64,000 bases of DNA from Camelus dromedarius (taxonomy: Eukaryota). The notes below the pieces were generated by a model. That model was not told the DNA's origin and made no database searches. It worked only from the letters and a program-made list of their open reading frames with translations. This document shows positions 12,780-25,800 of the stretch, piece after piece (the stretch's first letter is position 1; every line of letters begins with the position of its first letter). The stretch lies in contig NC_087437.1 of NCBI RefSeq assembly GCF_036321535.1, positions 69,752,001-69,816,000 on the forward strand, given 5' to 3'. A program made the translations under genes and the position numbers.

Positions 12780-12950
12780 TCCATGGTCTTTGGAGTCAGA
12801 GAGTCATGAATTCAAATCCTAACTCTACCTCTTATAAGCAAGGTGACATGATATTGATGAGAAACCTGAGGCTCTTAGAGAAGGACTGACTTGTCTAGTG
12901 AAGATAGTAACACCAAGTTTATAGGATCTTTGTAAGAATAAAATGGAACA
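12780..12950 (+). mobile_element. MIR SINE with internal 50-bp inversion
   Basis: The 5' part (TTTGGAGTCAGA...TTCAAATCCT) and 3' part (GATAGTAACACC...TGTAAGAATAAAATG) are forward, while the core at 12849-12898 is reversed. Confidence 0.7.
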
Positions 12951-13100
12951 TGCTCACCTAAATATCAGTGCCCTTCCATTCTTCCCATACCCGTGGTCCT
13001 CCTTCTCCATTCCTTTACTAACCACTGAAATAGTGATCTTTGAATTTCACCCCTCACCCAGTTCAACAATTGTTGACCATCTACATATATTAAGAATTGT

Positions 13101-13196
13101 GGGGAAATGGGGTATAGCTCAATGAAGGAGTGTGTGCTTAGCATGCACAAAGTCCTGAGTTCAATCTCCGGTACCTCCATCTAAATAAATAAATAT
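13101..13196 (+). mobile_element. Camelid tRNA-derived SINE (Vic-1 type), tail interrupted by L1
   Basis: GGGG..GGTATAGCTCAATG (A box)...GTCCTGAGTTCAATCTCC (B box)...TAAATAAAT tail. Confidence 0.85.
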
Positions 13197-13963
13197 ATAC
13201 TTCCCATCTTCTTTATCCAATTATTTTGTTGACAGACATTTAGATTGCTTTCATGACTTGACTATTGTAAATAGTGCTGCTAAGAACATTGGGGTGCATG
13301 TATATTTTTGAATTAGCATTTCCTCTGAATATATGCCCAGGAGTGTGATTGCTGGGTCATGTGGTAAGTCTATTTTCGGTTTTTTAAGGACTCCCCATAC
13401 TGTTTTCCATGGTGGCTGCACCAAACTGCATTCCCACCAACAGTGTAGGAGGATTCCCTTTTCTCCACACCCTCTCCAGCGTTTATTTGTAAACTTTCTA
13501 CTGATGGCCATTCTGAGTGGTATGAGGTGATACCTTATCGCTGTTTTGATTTGCATTTCTCTGATAGTTAGCAATATTGAGCATCTTTTCATGTGCCTGT
13601 TGGCCATTTGTATGTCTTCATTGGAGAAATGTTTGTTTAGGTCTTCTGCCCACTTTTTGATTGGGTTGTTTATTTTTTTTTATTGAGTTGTTTGAGCTAT
13701 TTGTATATTCTGGAAATTAAGCCCTTATCTGTCATATTGTTCGCAAATATTTTCTCCCATTTCGTAGGTTGTCCTTTCATTTTGTTTATAGTTTCCTTTG
13801 CAATGCAGAAGCTTATAAATTTAATTAGGTCCCATTTGTTTATTTTTGCTTTGATTTCTATTGCCTTGGTAGACTGCCTTAGGAGAACATTATTAAGCTT
13901 TATGTTAGAGAATGTTTTTCCTATGTTTCTTCTAAGAGGTTTATAGTGCCTTATGTTTAAGTC
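13197..13963 (-). mobile_element. L1 ORF2 3' segment, inverted part of a 5'-inverted insertion
   Basis: Minus-strand ORF 13251-13607 ([10 protein letters not shown]...IREMQIKT...[13 protein letters not shown]) is the L1 ORF2 C-terminal region. Confidence 0.92.
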
Positions 13964-14473
13964 ATATATGCAATGGAATACTACTCAACCATAAAAAATA
14001 AAATAATGCCATTTGCAGAAACATGGACGGACCTAGAGATTGTCATACTAAGTGAAGTAAGCCAGAAAGAGAAAGAAAAATATCATGATACCATTTATAT
14101 GTGAAATCTAAAAAAAATGAGACAAATGAACTTATTTACAAAACAGAAACAGAGTTACAGACAGACATAGAAAATAAACTTATGGTTGCCAGGGGTGGAG
14201 GTGGTGGTGGGGGACAGTGGTGGAGGGATAAATTGGATGTTTGGTATTTGCAGACACTAACTACTATATATTAAATAGATAAACAGCAAGGTCCTACTGT
14301 GGTCCTACTGCACAGGAAACTATATTCAACACCATGCAATAACCTATAATGAAAAAGAATATGAAAAGGAACATATAGATAGATAGATAGATAGCTGAAT
14401 CACTATGCTGTGTAACAGAAATTAACACATTGTAAACTGACTATACTTTATTTTAAAAATAAATAAATAAAAA
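13964..14473 (+). mobile_element. L1 ORF2 end + 3'UTR + A-tail, forward part of the same insertion
   Basis: ATGGAATACTACTCAACCATAAAAAA...CTAAGTGAAGTAAGCCAG...TGTAAACTGACTATACTT followed by an A-rich tail. Confidence 0.92.
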
Positions 14474-15186
14474 AGAAAGAGAGAGAGAGAGAGCGAAAGG
14501 AAGAAAGAATCATAATACATGTGGAGGACCTATATGATACAACCCAAGGTACATATCATCTAACTCAGTGGTCACAAGAAACATCTGCACGTCTGGTTCC
14601 CTGTTCAAAACGTGACTGTTTTAACAAGGATCCCAAGGAACTCTGTAAGCTGATATAAGCTGACACTCAGAGGCTGGTCCTCACCCTGTGGTGATCACGG
14701 ACTTGTTGTTTCAAACTTCTGACTCAAAATTAAATACATGCTTTATTCCATGATAACTGTGTAAAATTAAAAAGCTAAAGATCTGATCTGTTCTTAGAAA
14801 CAATAATTAGTAAATATATGTAAACTAAAAAAAGTGTGGTAGACTGTATATGTGTATTTACATGCAATATAATGTGTATGTGCAATCAAACTGTAATAAT
14901 TCTACACAATAAAACTGAAAAAGGAAAAAAAAGAAGAAAAAAATTAAATACATAAATGTATTACCATAATCTAATCTGTCTCCCAGTGTTTCATACACAA
15001 TAAATATTTAAATAAAGGGTGAGAGGTCTGAAAGTATAATGTGCTGAATAATGTAATATGTCATGGGACCAGGTCTTTATGAGGAAGTTACAGTCAGAAC
15101 TGGTCACAAGCCCAAAATGAGAGCTATTCATCTTTCTCTCAAAATAAAAACCGCAATGTAATGCGTATTCCCCGAGACTTCAGTAC

Positions 15187-15441
15187 CAGTGGGCTCCAAA
15201 CTTTAGCTCATGTACCCAGTCTAGGAAACAATCTGAGCATGTGCCCTCACACATGTGTAATTTACTGGCGATGCGCACAGTTGCCTTTCTGTGCTAGTGC
15301 GTCATATATAATTTTAAACATACACAAATAATAAATCTTTTTAAAAGATGAAATAAGAATTACACATAAAGAGAAATTCTGGTATTTTCTTTTCATGCTC
15401 TGTTGAATCAGCTCGTACATTCTCTACTTTGGAGACTGCTG
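15187..15441. mobile_element. hAT-Charlie-type DNA transposon remnant
   Basis: CAGTGGGCTCCAAACT ... ACTTTGGAGACTGCTG imperfect terminal inverted repeats. Confidence 0.55.
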
Positions 15442-18400
15442 GCTTAAGTGAACAGACATTTATTTTAAAATATTTTCATAGATAGAAAGGTTAATCCTAA
15501 ATGTTAGAAAATGTACAATTAAACTAAATTCCAGTAAATTGTTCTGGATTTTGGTATGACCAAGAAGAAGGGACGAGAAAGGAATGGCGGATCTGTGGCC
15601 TATCTCCCACCCCCGCCTCTATTACCCACACCCCAGGCAGAAAGTACAGCAAAAAAGATAAGAAGAGCGAAGACCGTACCCAGATTCCCTTTGGACGTAA
15701 GGTGCTTTCTCTTTATACAACCAATGAAAAGGGCATCTAGTTTGGAAAAACAGGCTAAGGACTGAGTCGTGATAAAAATCGATGTCAGTTAGGACTGTGG
15801 CTACTCTCACTACTTTTGGACTTAAATGAAGCTGCAGAGCATGGGAGCATGTGGGTAACAGAAATTGGAATGTGGGGCAGTCTGTATTCTATGGGGCTAG
15901 CTTTGATTAAGGAGAGACAAGATGGAAAGGAGCCAGCAGATGAATCTCTCTTCTTTCCCCAAGAGACTATTCTGAATTAGTCTGGACCAATCTGTCCAGT
16001 CTAGCAGACATCGCGCATGACCAAGCAATCGCAGTTTACTTAAGAAGCGTGGCTAGCTGGGTAGCACACCACATCGGAGTGATGGTCTGGTCACATCTGG
16101 AGCCTCTCCTCACGTATAACTCCTATGCTGAAGTGTCACAGCTAAGATCTGTACCAACTGTCCCCACAGCTCTAGACGTGCTCCTTGGACCAAGAAACAC
16201 TTGATTCAAAGGTCATTTCTCTAATGCTGGACAGCTGTCTATGGCAGGTCAAAAGGAAGAGCTGGGTCAGGTTACTTTCCTGGGAATTTGGGTTTGGGCA
16301 ATTCAAGTAAATGATGTTTATCATCTGTGGATGCTGAGTTGTTAATTCTGAGGGCTGGAGTGGCTGCTTTGGACCATGGTGGCAAAGCCTCTGGAGAGAG
16401 AAGAAAACAGCAGACATAAAAGGACAGAGGTGGAGACGACAGGCTAAGCCCAGAACAGAAGACAGGTAAATCACAGCTTTTGCTTCTGTGGTGCCCAGAT
16501 ACATTTCCCACAAAGCCCAGCTGTTCTTTACCTCCTATATTTAAATTATGAGAGTCCTCTCTGTATCACTACAATATTCTCTTGCACCAGCAATGTGGGT
16601 CTCTGTTCCCTCCAATGAGCAGTATCCCTGACCATGGCAGAATCGCTGCCCAATATCCATCACAAACTTAGCTGAGAGAGCAGGTAAAATGTGATGGTTT
16701 ACAGTACATCCTTTTCTCCAGATACAGTAAAAATCAGCCTCTGGATTAAATCAAGCCAGCAGAGCTGCCAACACGATGGATTTTGCATCGCCAAACCCTT
16801 TCGAAGCCCCATAGGGTAGCTTTTTCAAAATTGTGTTTGGTATGATACCATGAGCCTTTTTTTTTTGAGGAACTTTTAAGAAGCAGCTGTACAATATGCA
16901 TTGCCTCAAACAGAAAAATGCTGTTGAGAAAATTGTTCCCGATAGTATGGCATCCTTTTCGTAAAAACCCTCAGGAGAAATGTTTTTGTAGTCTAAGTAA
17001 TAAACCTATTCCTTGCTGAGAAAAACTTGTTTGCTAAGCCCCTTTGTCTTAGAATTTCTGTAAATGAATACTAAAAAGCGTAGAATAGGAATTTGTTTTT
17101 GCATCACTTTCATTTGTGATTCTAATTGTCCTGACCCGCTGTTTAACTTTTTCTTTCTCATTTGCTTCTAATTTACAGTATCTTGATGTTTGCATGTGCC
17201 CTGAAGCCATCTTACATCATTTCTGGAGTAAAGCAGATGTGAAATAAAGTGTCCCAAATATTATAACCCAGAAAGCAAAAACTATGATGATATTTATGAT
17301 AATACACTTGAAAAAATTAGAATGGTTAAACTCACACAAATTATGAACTAGTTTTTAATATGAGATAAGTGATCTCACATCACAAGTCCAGCGAACTGGC
17401 TAGGTTTCTAAACTGTTGTAGATTTCTACATCGGGGAGCCATCAAAAGCCCCACCCAGGACACAGAGAGGCATTACAGAGTAAGCTCACGGAGAACACCA
17501 AGCACCGAGTGACAATCCATCATAGTTTGTCTCTTATTGATCTGGAATTTAACGTCAGTCTGGGACTTTCCTATAAAGCATAACGGCACTCAGTAATAAA
17601 AAGGAGGCAATGTAAAATTATTTTTATCAATATGGTCTGGCTACAAAGCCACGTTTGCTAATAGAATTGAGTGAATTTAGGAAGCCTGTTAACTGCTGAT
17701 CTGAGCACCCCTTTATCGTTTTTTCTGAAGCCTAAGGGAAGGCTCAAGGGATCAAGGTGACCTTTCTGAAGCCTTTCTAAATTCACAGCAGAACCAATGC
17801 TTTTTATATTTCCTGTCAGTTTATTCACATCCCTCCCTGCTTTTCCAATTTTCCCCTGTAAATTTTTCTCCTCTTTTCAGTCTACCACCATTTTGGAATA
17901 ATATGGTACGAAGAGAAGGAAGCTGTTTTCAGTCTCTAACTTCATTGCCACCTATCCACGGCAGACTGAACAGTAAAGCGGGGGAATCCTCACAGCTAAT
18001 CCTATATTTTGCATCTGATTAAAGAAAACAAATCTTGTTACCCCTTCCGTGCAGCTATGACCAAACTGGAGCCCATCGTTCTCCCTGATAAACCCTTCCC
18101 TTTCTTTTCCTGTTTTTGATTGGAGACAATGGTGGGGGGTGACGGGAGAGAGTCTGGCTAATAAGTTCTTTTCAGCTGAAGCCCTTCTCAGATTGTGAAA
18201 GTGATTTTCTGAGAGGAGAAGAGAAAGTAGCCTCATGGGATAGATTTCTGAAAACCACTAAGCTATGTATACAATGGTATAGAAAGAATCAATATGTTAC
18301 CAATTCATAGAATCATAAAGTTTCACGAGTGAGAAATGCCTTAGAGATTATCTAATGTCCTTTTACAGATGAAGATATAGGCTCTAAAAAGTATGACTCC

Positions 18401-18789
18401 TTTTCCTCCACCCCTGCCAAAAAATTGCAGTTTGTTGGAAACTGAGGAATACGAGGCATGTGGGAAAAGGTCACAATTCTTCAGCAGAGAATTCAAGGCG
18501 TGGATGATCTGTGCTCCTATATGTTTTAATCCTCATTTCTCACCTTCTCCACACATACAGCCTACACAGCAGTCTCACTGAATGCAACCTGCCTATTCAG
18601 ACTTCTGAGCCTTTGCTGATTCTGTTCCTTCAACCAAGAACACTCCTCCCTGTCATGTCTGCCTACTAAAATCTAGCTTCTTTCTGATTCAGATTAAATA
18701 CTTTCTTTTCTATGAACATATCCCTGATTCTCCAGTGAAATTATTCTGATTAGGGGAAATATAGAATGGTAGTCAAGAGCAGATCCTTT

Positions 18790-20130
18790 GTGGAGAGGAA
18801 ACAAGAGATTTGCATAGCCTCAAAGTGTATCTCCCAAGATATTTATCAACTACAAAGGAAAAGAATAGCAGTTTTACGGTAGGGAAACCTAGCAGACACC
18901 ACCTTAGCCAAGTGCTCAAGATTAATATTCCCAGTCATAAGACACTTGACATAGGGTAGCCCTGAAATGATGACTGAGAAGGACACAGCACCACTTCTGT
19001 GATAGTCACGTCCAAAATATATAACCTTCATTTACCTGTGAGAAAGAACCAGACAGGCCAAAATTGGGAGACATTTTACAAATAACTGACCAGGACTCTT
19101 CAAAGTGTCAAGATCATGAAAGAAAAGGAAATATATACATCCGGAGAAAACTCTAACTCAAAAAGGTACATGCACCCCAATGTTCACAGTAGCACTACTT
19201 ACAATGGCCAAGACATGGAAACAACCTAAATGTCCAACAGATGACTGGATAAAGAAGATATAGTGTATGTGTGTGTATATATATATATAAACATGTAAAA
19301 TATATATGGATATCACTCAGTCACAAAAAAGAATGAAATATTGTCATTTGCAGCAACATGGATGGATCTAGAGATTATCATATTAAGTGAAGTAAGTCAG
19401 ACAAAGACAAGTATCATATGATATCAATTATATGTGGAATCTAAAAAAAAAAGGATACAAATGAATTTATCTACAAAACGGAAATAGCCTCAGAAACATA
19501 GAAAACAAACTTACAGTTACCAAAGGGAAAGGGAAGAGGGAGGGAGGGATAAATTAGGAGTTTGCGATTAACACATACACACTACTATACATAAGACAGA
19601 TAAACAACAAGGACCTACTGATAACAGAGGGAACGGTATTCATTATCTTGTAATAACCTATAACGGAAAATAGTCTGAGAAAGAATATATATACACATAA
19701 CTGAATTCACTTTGCTGTATACCTGAAACTAACACAACTAACACAACAAACACAACATTGTAGATTAACTACACTTCAATTTAAAAAAAGAGCAAATGAG
19801 AAAAATAAAAGAAAGGAAAGAATGCTGGTCTGTCACAGACTGGAGAAGACTGAGGAGACACAACTAGTAAAGGCAATAGTGATCCTGGATTCAATCTTAG
19901 ACCATAAAAAGGACATTAGGGTAAAAATTGGTAAAATTCTAATAAAGTCTGCAGTTTGGTTAATAATCCAACATTCATGTCCTGGTTCTTCATAAGTACA
20001 CCATAGTTATGCAGGGTGTTAACATTAGAGAAAGCTGAGTCGAGAGGATATGGAAACCCTCTGTACTATTTTTGCACCTTTGTAAGCCTAAAATTATTTA
20101 TAAACGAAAAGTTTTTTTTAAAAAAATTTA
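18790..20130 (+). mobile_element. Ancient L1 3' region (L1MC4-like), split by a younger L1
   Basis: GGAAACCTAGCAGACACCACCTTAGCCAAGTG...CTCTTCAAAGTGTCAAGATCATGAAAGA, resuming after ~19820 and ending CTAAAATTATTTATAAACGAAAAGTTT. Confidence 0.75.
19132..19789 (+). mobile_element. 5'-truncated L1 (ORF2 end + 3'UTR)
   Basis: CATGCACCCCAATGTTCAC...AAGACATGGAAACAACCTAAATGTCC...ACTACACTTCAATTTAAAAAAA. Confidence 0.9.
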
Positions 20131-20399
20131 AGAAAAAAAGCACATCCCCTGGAGCCAATCTGCCTCTATGAGCTTCGGCAAGTTACACATCTGTGCCTTG
20201 ATTTTCTCACCCTTAAAACAAGGGTAATAATAGTATTTACCTCCTTGAATGGTTGTGAGGATTAAATGTGTTGAAACATATTAGTGCCTTAAAACTGTGC
20301 CTGGCAATTCATAAGCTCAATAAGCTTTAGTCAGTTACTCATTTTGAGTGGTTGTTTCCCATTGCCACCTTTAGACCATTCTTCTCTCCTTCTTCCCAA

Positions 20400-22720
20400 G
20401 ACTTGCCCAACTTTGGATCTGATGACGTTAGGTTATATCCTCCACTGTCCTTTACAGCTACCAACATCTAAGCCATTTTCCCCTCATTTCTTGACTGTTT
20501 GCACTTTCGACTCATTGTAACTCTCTCTAATAATATGATTCCCTTTATTCTTCATGATCTCTGTATGTACCTGGATGATCCTTCCAATCACCTCAGATTT
20601 TTAAACTCCTTCCCTCCAGGTATTGCCTTCTGCCCCAGCCTCCATCACTCACTCTCACATACCTTTCATTACACTAACTGCAGACCCTCTAGAAGCTTTT
20701 TTGGGGGGGGGGAGGGTCCTACCACCTGTTACTGTTTCTTGCCCTCCTGATGCCTTCACTCCTCCTTTTCCGGCTAAGTTCTTCAGTCATTACAAAGTCA
20801 CTTTCTTAACCCTCCACCTTTCGCTTCCTTGTACATGTGTAATTAAATTCCATGGTGGAATCTAGCTCTGCTTAGTTCAAACTGCACCTGTGTCATTGAA
20901 CAGAGCTCGAGAAAAATACACAACCACACTTCAAATTTATGATCTTGAATCCCAAGTGGGCCCTCACCACTGGCAGGCAGTCAAACTGTATGGTTCACTT
21001 CACTCTCCCAACCTCCTCTACAACTACTCAGATTTTATCTTTTCTAACCTCCAACGTCTTCTTGCCCATTCTTACCCTCCTGTGGTGGCTTATTTCCTGC
21101 TCCCTGAGAAAGCTGAAACAACCAGTAGTGAATATCCAACTACACTGTCATCTACCGGCATCTATACCTACATACACCAATTCCCTCCTGTCACAGTACA
21201 TGGTATTCTTATACTCTTCTTATCTTTTCTGGTCTGCATATTTATTTTTTCTTTTTTTAATTTAAGTACCATCAGTTTACAACGTTGTGTCAATTTCTGG
21301 TGTATAGCATAGTGTTTCAGTCATACATATATTCATTTTCGTATTATTTTTCATTATAGGTTACTATAAGATATTGAATATAATTCCTTGTGCTATACAG
21401 AGGAAACTTTTTGTCTATCTATTTTATATATAGTAGTTTGTATCTGCAAATCTCGAACTCCCAATTTATCCCTTCCCACCCACTTCCCCTCCTGGTAACC
21501 ATAAATTTGTTTTCTATGTCTGTGAATCTGTTTCTGTTTTGTAAACAAGTTCATTTGTCTTTTTTTTTAGATTGATACCACATTTAAGTGATGTCATATG
21601 GTATTTTTATTTCTCTTTCTGGCTCTCTTCACTTGGAGTGGCAATCTTCAGCATCCATGTTGCTACAAATGGTATTATTTTATTTTTTGTGGCTGAGTAG
21701 TATTCCATTGTATAAATCTACCACAGCTTCTTTATCCAGTCATCTGTTGATAGACATTTAGGTTATTTCCAAGTCTTGGCTATTGTAAATAGTGCTACTG
21801 TGAACACTGGGGTGCATGTGTCTTTTCGAATTAAAGTCTCCTCTTGATACATATCCCAGAGTGGTATTGCTGGATCATATGGTAACTTTATTTTTAGTTT
21901 TTTGAGGAATCTCCATACCGTTTTCCATAATGGCTGCACCAAACTACATTCCCACCAGCAGTAGGGAAGTGTTCCCTTTTCTCCACACCCTCTCTAGCAT
22001 TTATCATTTGAGGACTTTCTAATTATGGCCATTCTGACTGGTGTGAGATGATACCTCACTGATACCTCTTTGATTTGCATTTCTCTGATAATTAGCAATA
22101 CTGAGTATTTTTTCACGTGCCTATTGGCCATTTGTATGTCTTCATTGGGGAATTGCTTGTTTAGGTCTTCTACCCATTTTTGGATTAAGTTGTTTATTTT
22201 TTTCTTATTAAGTTGTATGAGCTGTTTACATATTCTGGAAATCAAGCCCCTGTCAGTTTCATCTTTTGCAAATATTTTCTCCTGTTCCATAGGTTGTCTT
22301 TTTGTTTTGCTTATGGTTTCCTTTATTGTGCAAAAGCTTATAAATTTAATTAGACCCCATTTGTTTATTTTTGCTTTCATTTTTATTGCCTGGGTAGACT
22401 GCCCTAGGAGAACATTGCTAAGATTTATGTCAGAAAATGTTTTGCCTATGTTTTCTTCTAAGAGGTTTATAGTGGCTTGTCTTATGTTTAAGTCTTTAAG
22501 CCATTTTGAGTTTGTTTTTGTGCATGGTGTGAGGGAGTGTTCTATTCTCCTATCCAAAGCTAGTTTCTCTATTATTAGACTAGATTCTATTCATTCTTGT
22601 CTACTCAAAGACTTTGAACCAGCAAGTTCCCTTTTCTATCCTCTGATTCATCGGATGTTTGCTCTCCACTGACTTGTTCCCACAGGCATGTAATCATGAT
22701 GCTCCTACTTCTCCTGTTCA
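20400..22720 (+). mobile_element. L2 LINE relic interrupted by L1 (21241-22544)
   Basis: Pyrimidine-rich decayed L2-like sequence on both sides of the L1 (TTCCCTCCTGTCACAG... / TCTCCTATCCAAAGC...CTACTCAAAGACTTTG). Confidence 0.55.
21241..22544 (-). mobile_element. 5'-truncated L1 (ORF2 3' part + 3'UTR)
   Basis: Minus-strand ORF 21994-22557 ([21 protein letters not shown]...IREMQIK) is L1 ORF2; poly-T at the left end. Confidence 0.93.
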
Positions 22721-22810
22721 AATTCTCTAAAGAAAAAAGGATGAATGGTTGAGCTCAGATTCAAGGCTCAGTTATTGCGAAGGGAGCAAGGCCTCACAAT
22801 AGACTGGGAC

Positions 22811-22876
22811 ATTGTGCTGTACACCAGAAATTGACACAACATTGCAAACTGACTATACTTCAATTAAAAAAAAAAA
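22811..22876 (+). mobile_element. Very short L1 3' tail
   Basis: TGTGCTGTACACCAGAAATTGACACAACATTG...CTATACTTCAATT(A)n, matching the other L1 ends in this window. Confidence 0.8.
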
Positions 22877-25800
22877 CTACTCAAACGAGACTTCTTCAAC
22901 TGAGGCCTCTGATGAAGGAGACATTACTCCAACAACCTGCTTCAAAACTGGTGCCTGTTAGACCTGCAAGCTGCCAGGGCAAAGCCAAGGCCAAACACTT
23001 GAAGCCTGTAATTTAGCAGGCTTCCTTAATGCACAAGATCAGAGGGGGAAAAATGTTCTGCAATACAAAACAGGACAGTGAAAACAGGGGGAAATGAGTT
23101 TCAGCTTGAATCATCTGGGAGAAGTATCCAGAGCAACACACACTCAACGAGCAGGTGCACAGGGAACACTAAAGCCAGTGAAAGAGGCCCTGAGGGGACA
23201 GTGGCAGCAAATTCAGTGTGCGCTGGCACTCAGAAGTGGCCGGTTTGGGCTACAAGACAGAGGAGGTGTGGGAAGAGTTGGCCCCTCCAGTCCACCTGGG
23301 GAGGTTGTATCTGGGAAACTCTATTTCACTGCAGGCCTTTAGCACCACTAATCTGGGGTCATGGGATGACATCATTAAAATAAGGTAAAAATTAGTTCTT
23401 GGTAGAGAGGCAGGGGGTAAGGTCAAGGCACTGGCCAACTGGGGACAGAAGCCGGAAGATTTAGTTCAATGCCCCAAATGCCTTTTAATTTGTTGAATTG
23501 GTTTGTCCCTAAGTATGAGTCAGAGGGTTTTTTCCCTTCTTCTGAAACAAAACAGAAGATTGTCCTAGTTTTTCTTTCCTGAAAAATTTATGGAAAGACC
23601 CAGTAGATCAGAAGTCATTTCCTGAAATTCTCTTGGAACTTTCAGATTGCAGAATTGCTGAAAGTTGTTCTTTCTTTGAAAGGAGGATGATTGTGGGCAT
23701 GTGGATGAAAGAAATGGCATTGAAGTGAATGCTGAAGAATGAGAAAAGGAAAGTTGAGGGCCTTTCTGACAGATGGTGTGAGAAATGGCAAGATATATTT
23801 TGGTCCTGGCAAGAAGGCTAATCAGGCTGTCCCTAGGGAATATTAGACAGGGGTTGTTTAGTTTAAGAAGTAGAAATTCACTCAGACCAGCTTAAGCTAA
23901 TGGGTATTTATTCTAAGCACTGGAGTAGCCAGGAAGACCAGCTAAGCCTCATATCTGTGTAGAACTAAGAGCAGGTGTGCCTTCAAGGGCCAAGACATCT
24001 ACTTTTCATCTCTCTCTCTCTCTCTCTCTCTGGGCTTCTTATTTTTGCTGTTTTCTGGATTTTGGCTCCATTTATGTGCTTCTTTCTGCAGAGGGCTCCT
24101 TTCATCCAGTTCTTAGCCTCCATAGGCCCCAGATAGCTGTGGCAAAATGACAGCCACACACTCTTGCATGGATGTTACCATCTAAGTCCAGGAATATCAT
24201 ATAATCAACCGAGTTGTCTCCTAAATCCAAATTCTGTGGACAGAGAGAATCTGATTGGTCTAGCTATCTACCCCTTGTCCAATCATCTGTGGGCATGTGG
24301 GTGGGGCTTCAGGGCTACTCAGGAAGATCTGGCTTAGTGAACTCCTCAGAAAGCTTTCACAGAATGAAGTATAGAGGCAGATGGGAAATGATGGATAAAA
24401 GCAAAGGTAAAAAAAGTAACTGGGGCTTTTTTCATTGAGGGCTGTAAACGCTAGGCTGAAGGGCTTTTTAAAATATGATAAATAATTTAATCCATTTATT
24501 TAAGCCAATCATTTAAGCCATTTAACCAAAAGAGTGTTAAACCAAGGGTTGCTATTATAAGATTACTCTAGCAGCAGGAGAAATTGGAAAAAAAAAAAAA
24601 AAAAAAACCGAAGACACAAAGACCAGAATAAAGATGGCAATAACCTTCGCTTGGCATAATAAGATTTTAAGCTAGGTGATGGCAGTGAGAATAGAAACAG
24701 AAAGAAGGATTTGAGAGACTCCTGATAGAATTCGTTGTAGGAATCAAGATAAAGTACTATATGAATTCATGTTAAGAACAGAAAGGAACTGCATAAATGT
24801 AGCGATGAATGTATCTGAAAATAAAGGATGAGATACACCATGATGATATTTTGCTACCAGACAAGCATTTCAAGGAAATGCATGTGATAAAGTCTGACAA
24901 CCTACTGGAAAAACCGGTCTAGAGCTGAGGAGAGAGTGAAGGACAATCATCCTGGACCTGATTGCAGTAGAGGGGAATGTGGGAGGGTTTCCTTTAAAAG
25001 GGCTGCTAAGGACCATAGGAGCCTCTTAAGGGCGGGGGTGGGGGGGAGGTAAAATTATTTTTACCTATTTATAAAATAATTACAAAACTCCTTCCTTGTA
25101 CTTTCTCTTCTTAAGATTATAAGATTTCTTTCCTGGCCTGATCATGAGAATTCAGCCATGGCCAGGAAGCAAAAATCCATCTTGCTGGCCTTAATGTGAT
25201 TCCTCTGGTCTGCACAAAAGAAGGGATGGGCCTGACCTCATATAGCTGCCTTTCACGGTGCTTCGTGAAATTTTTGATAGTGTAATTTCCCTACTGCCAG
25301 ATGATTATGCATGGCAGACTGATTCAGAGGCCATTGTCTGTTGTGAAATGAACCCCTAGAGTGCACTAATGGGATTTTATGCCATTAATGCTGAATAGAG
25401 TGGGATGAGAAGTCGCTTTTCTGATCTGTCTGCTCCTTGGTCTCGGGGCTCAATGAGAGAAGAGGCTACCGTGAGAAAAAGAATTCACCGAGATCTCCGC
25501 CCCCTCCACCCTCCACCTAAGCCCCTGCAGTGAACTAATGTGGCCTTACCTTTCCCATCTTTTTATCTTTTCTGGTTTACCTCAGGACACCGAGTCCCCA
25601 GCTCTAATTTGTCAGGGTGGGTGAGTCACCTATCAGCTTCTCTACAGCCCACTTCATCCAGAATAAAAAGCCATGTGCTACGGAGACAGTTTAAACCAGC
25701 GACAAGCAGTTTTGTACATCAGGTTCTATGCCATGGCCTTGTTGTTGTTTTCAGAAGACTTTCCTTTGAAGATTTTCCTTCTCTGGTCCTCCTAAATCTT

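Noticed and set aside
17722..17774. 12-bp direct repeat TTTCTGAAGCCT around 29 bp
   Set aside because: No polyA tail or element between the copies, so not a credible TSD.
21994..22672. 187-aa and 200-aa ORFs (also 13251-13946 and 62350-63455)
   Set aside because: L1 ORF2 relics and their antisense frames, not host genes.
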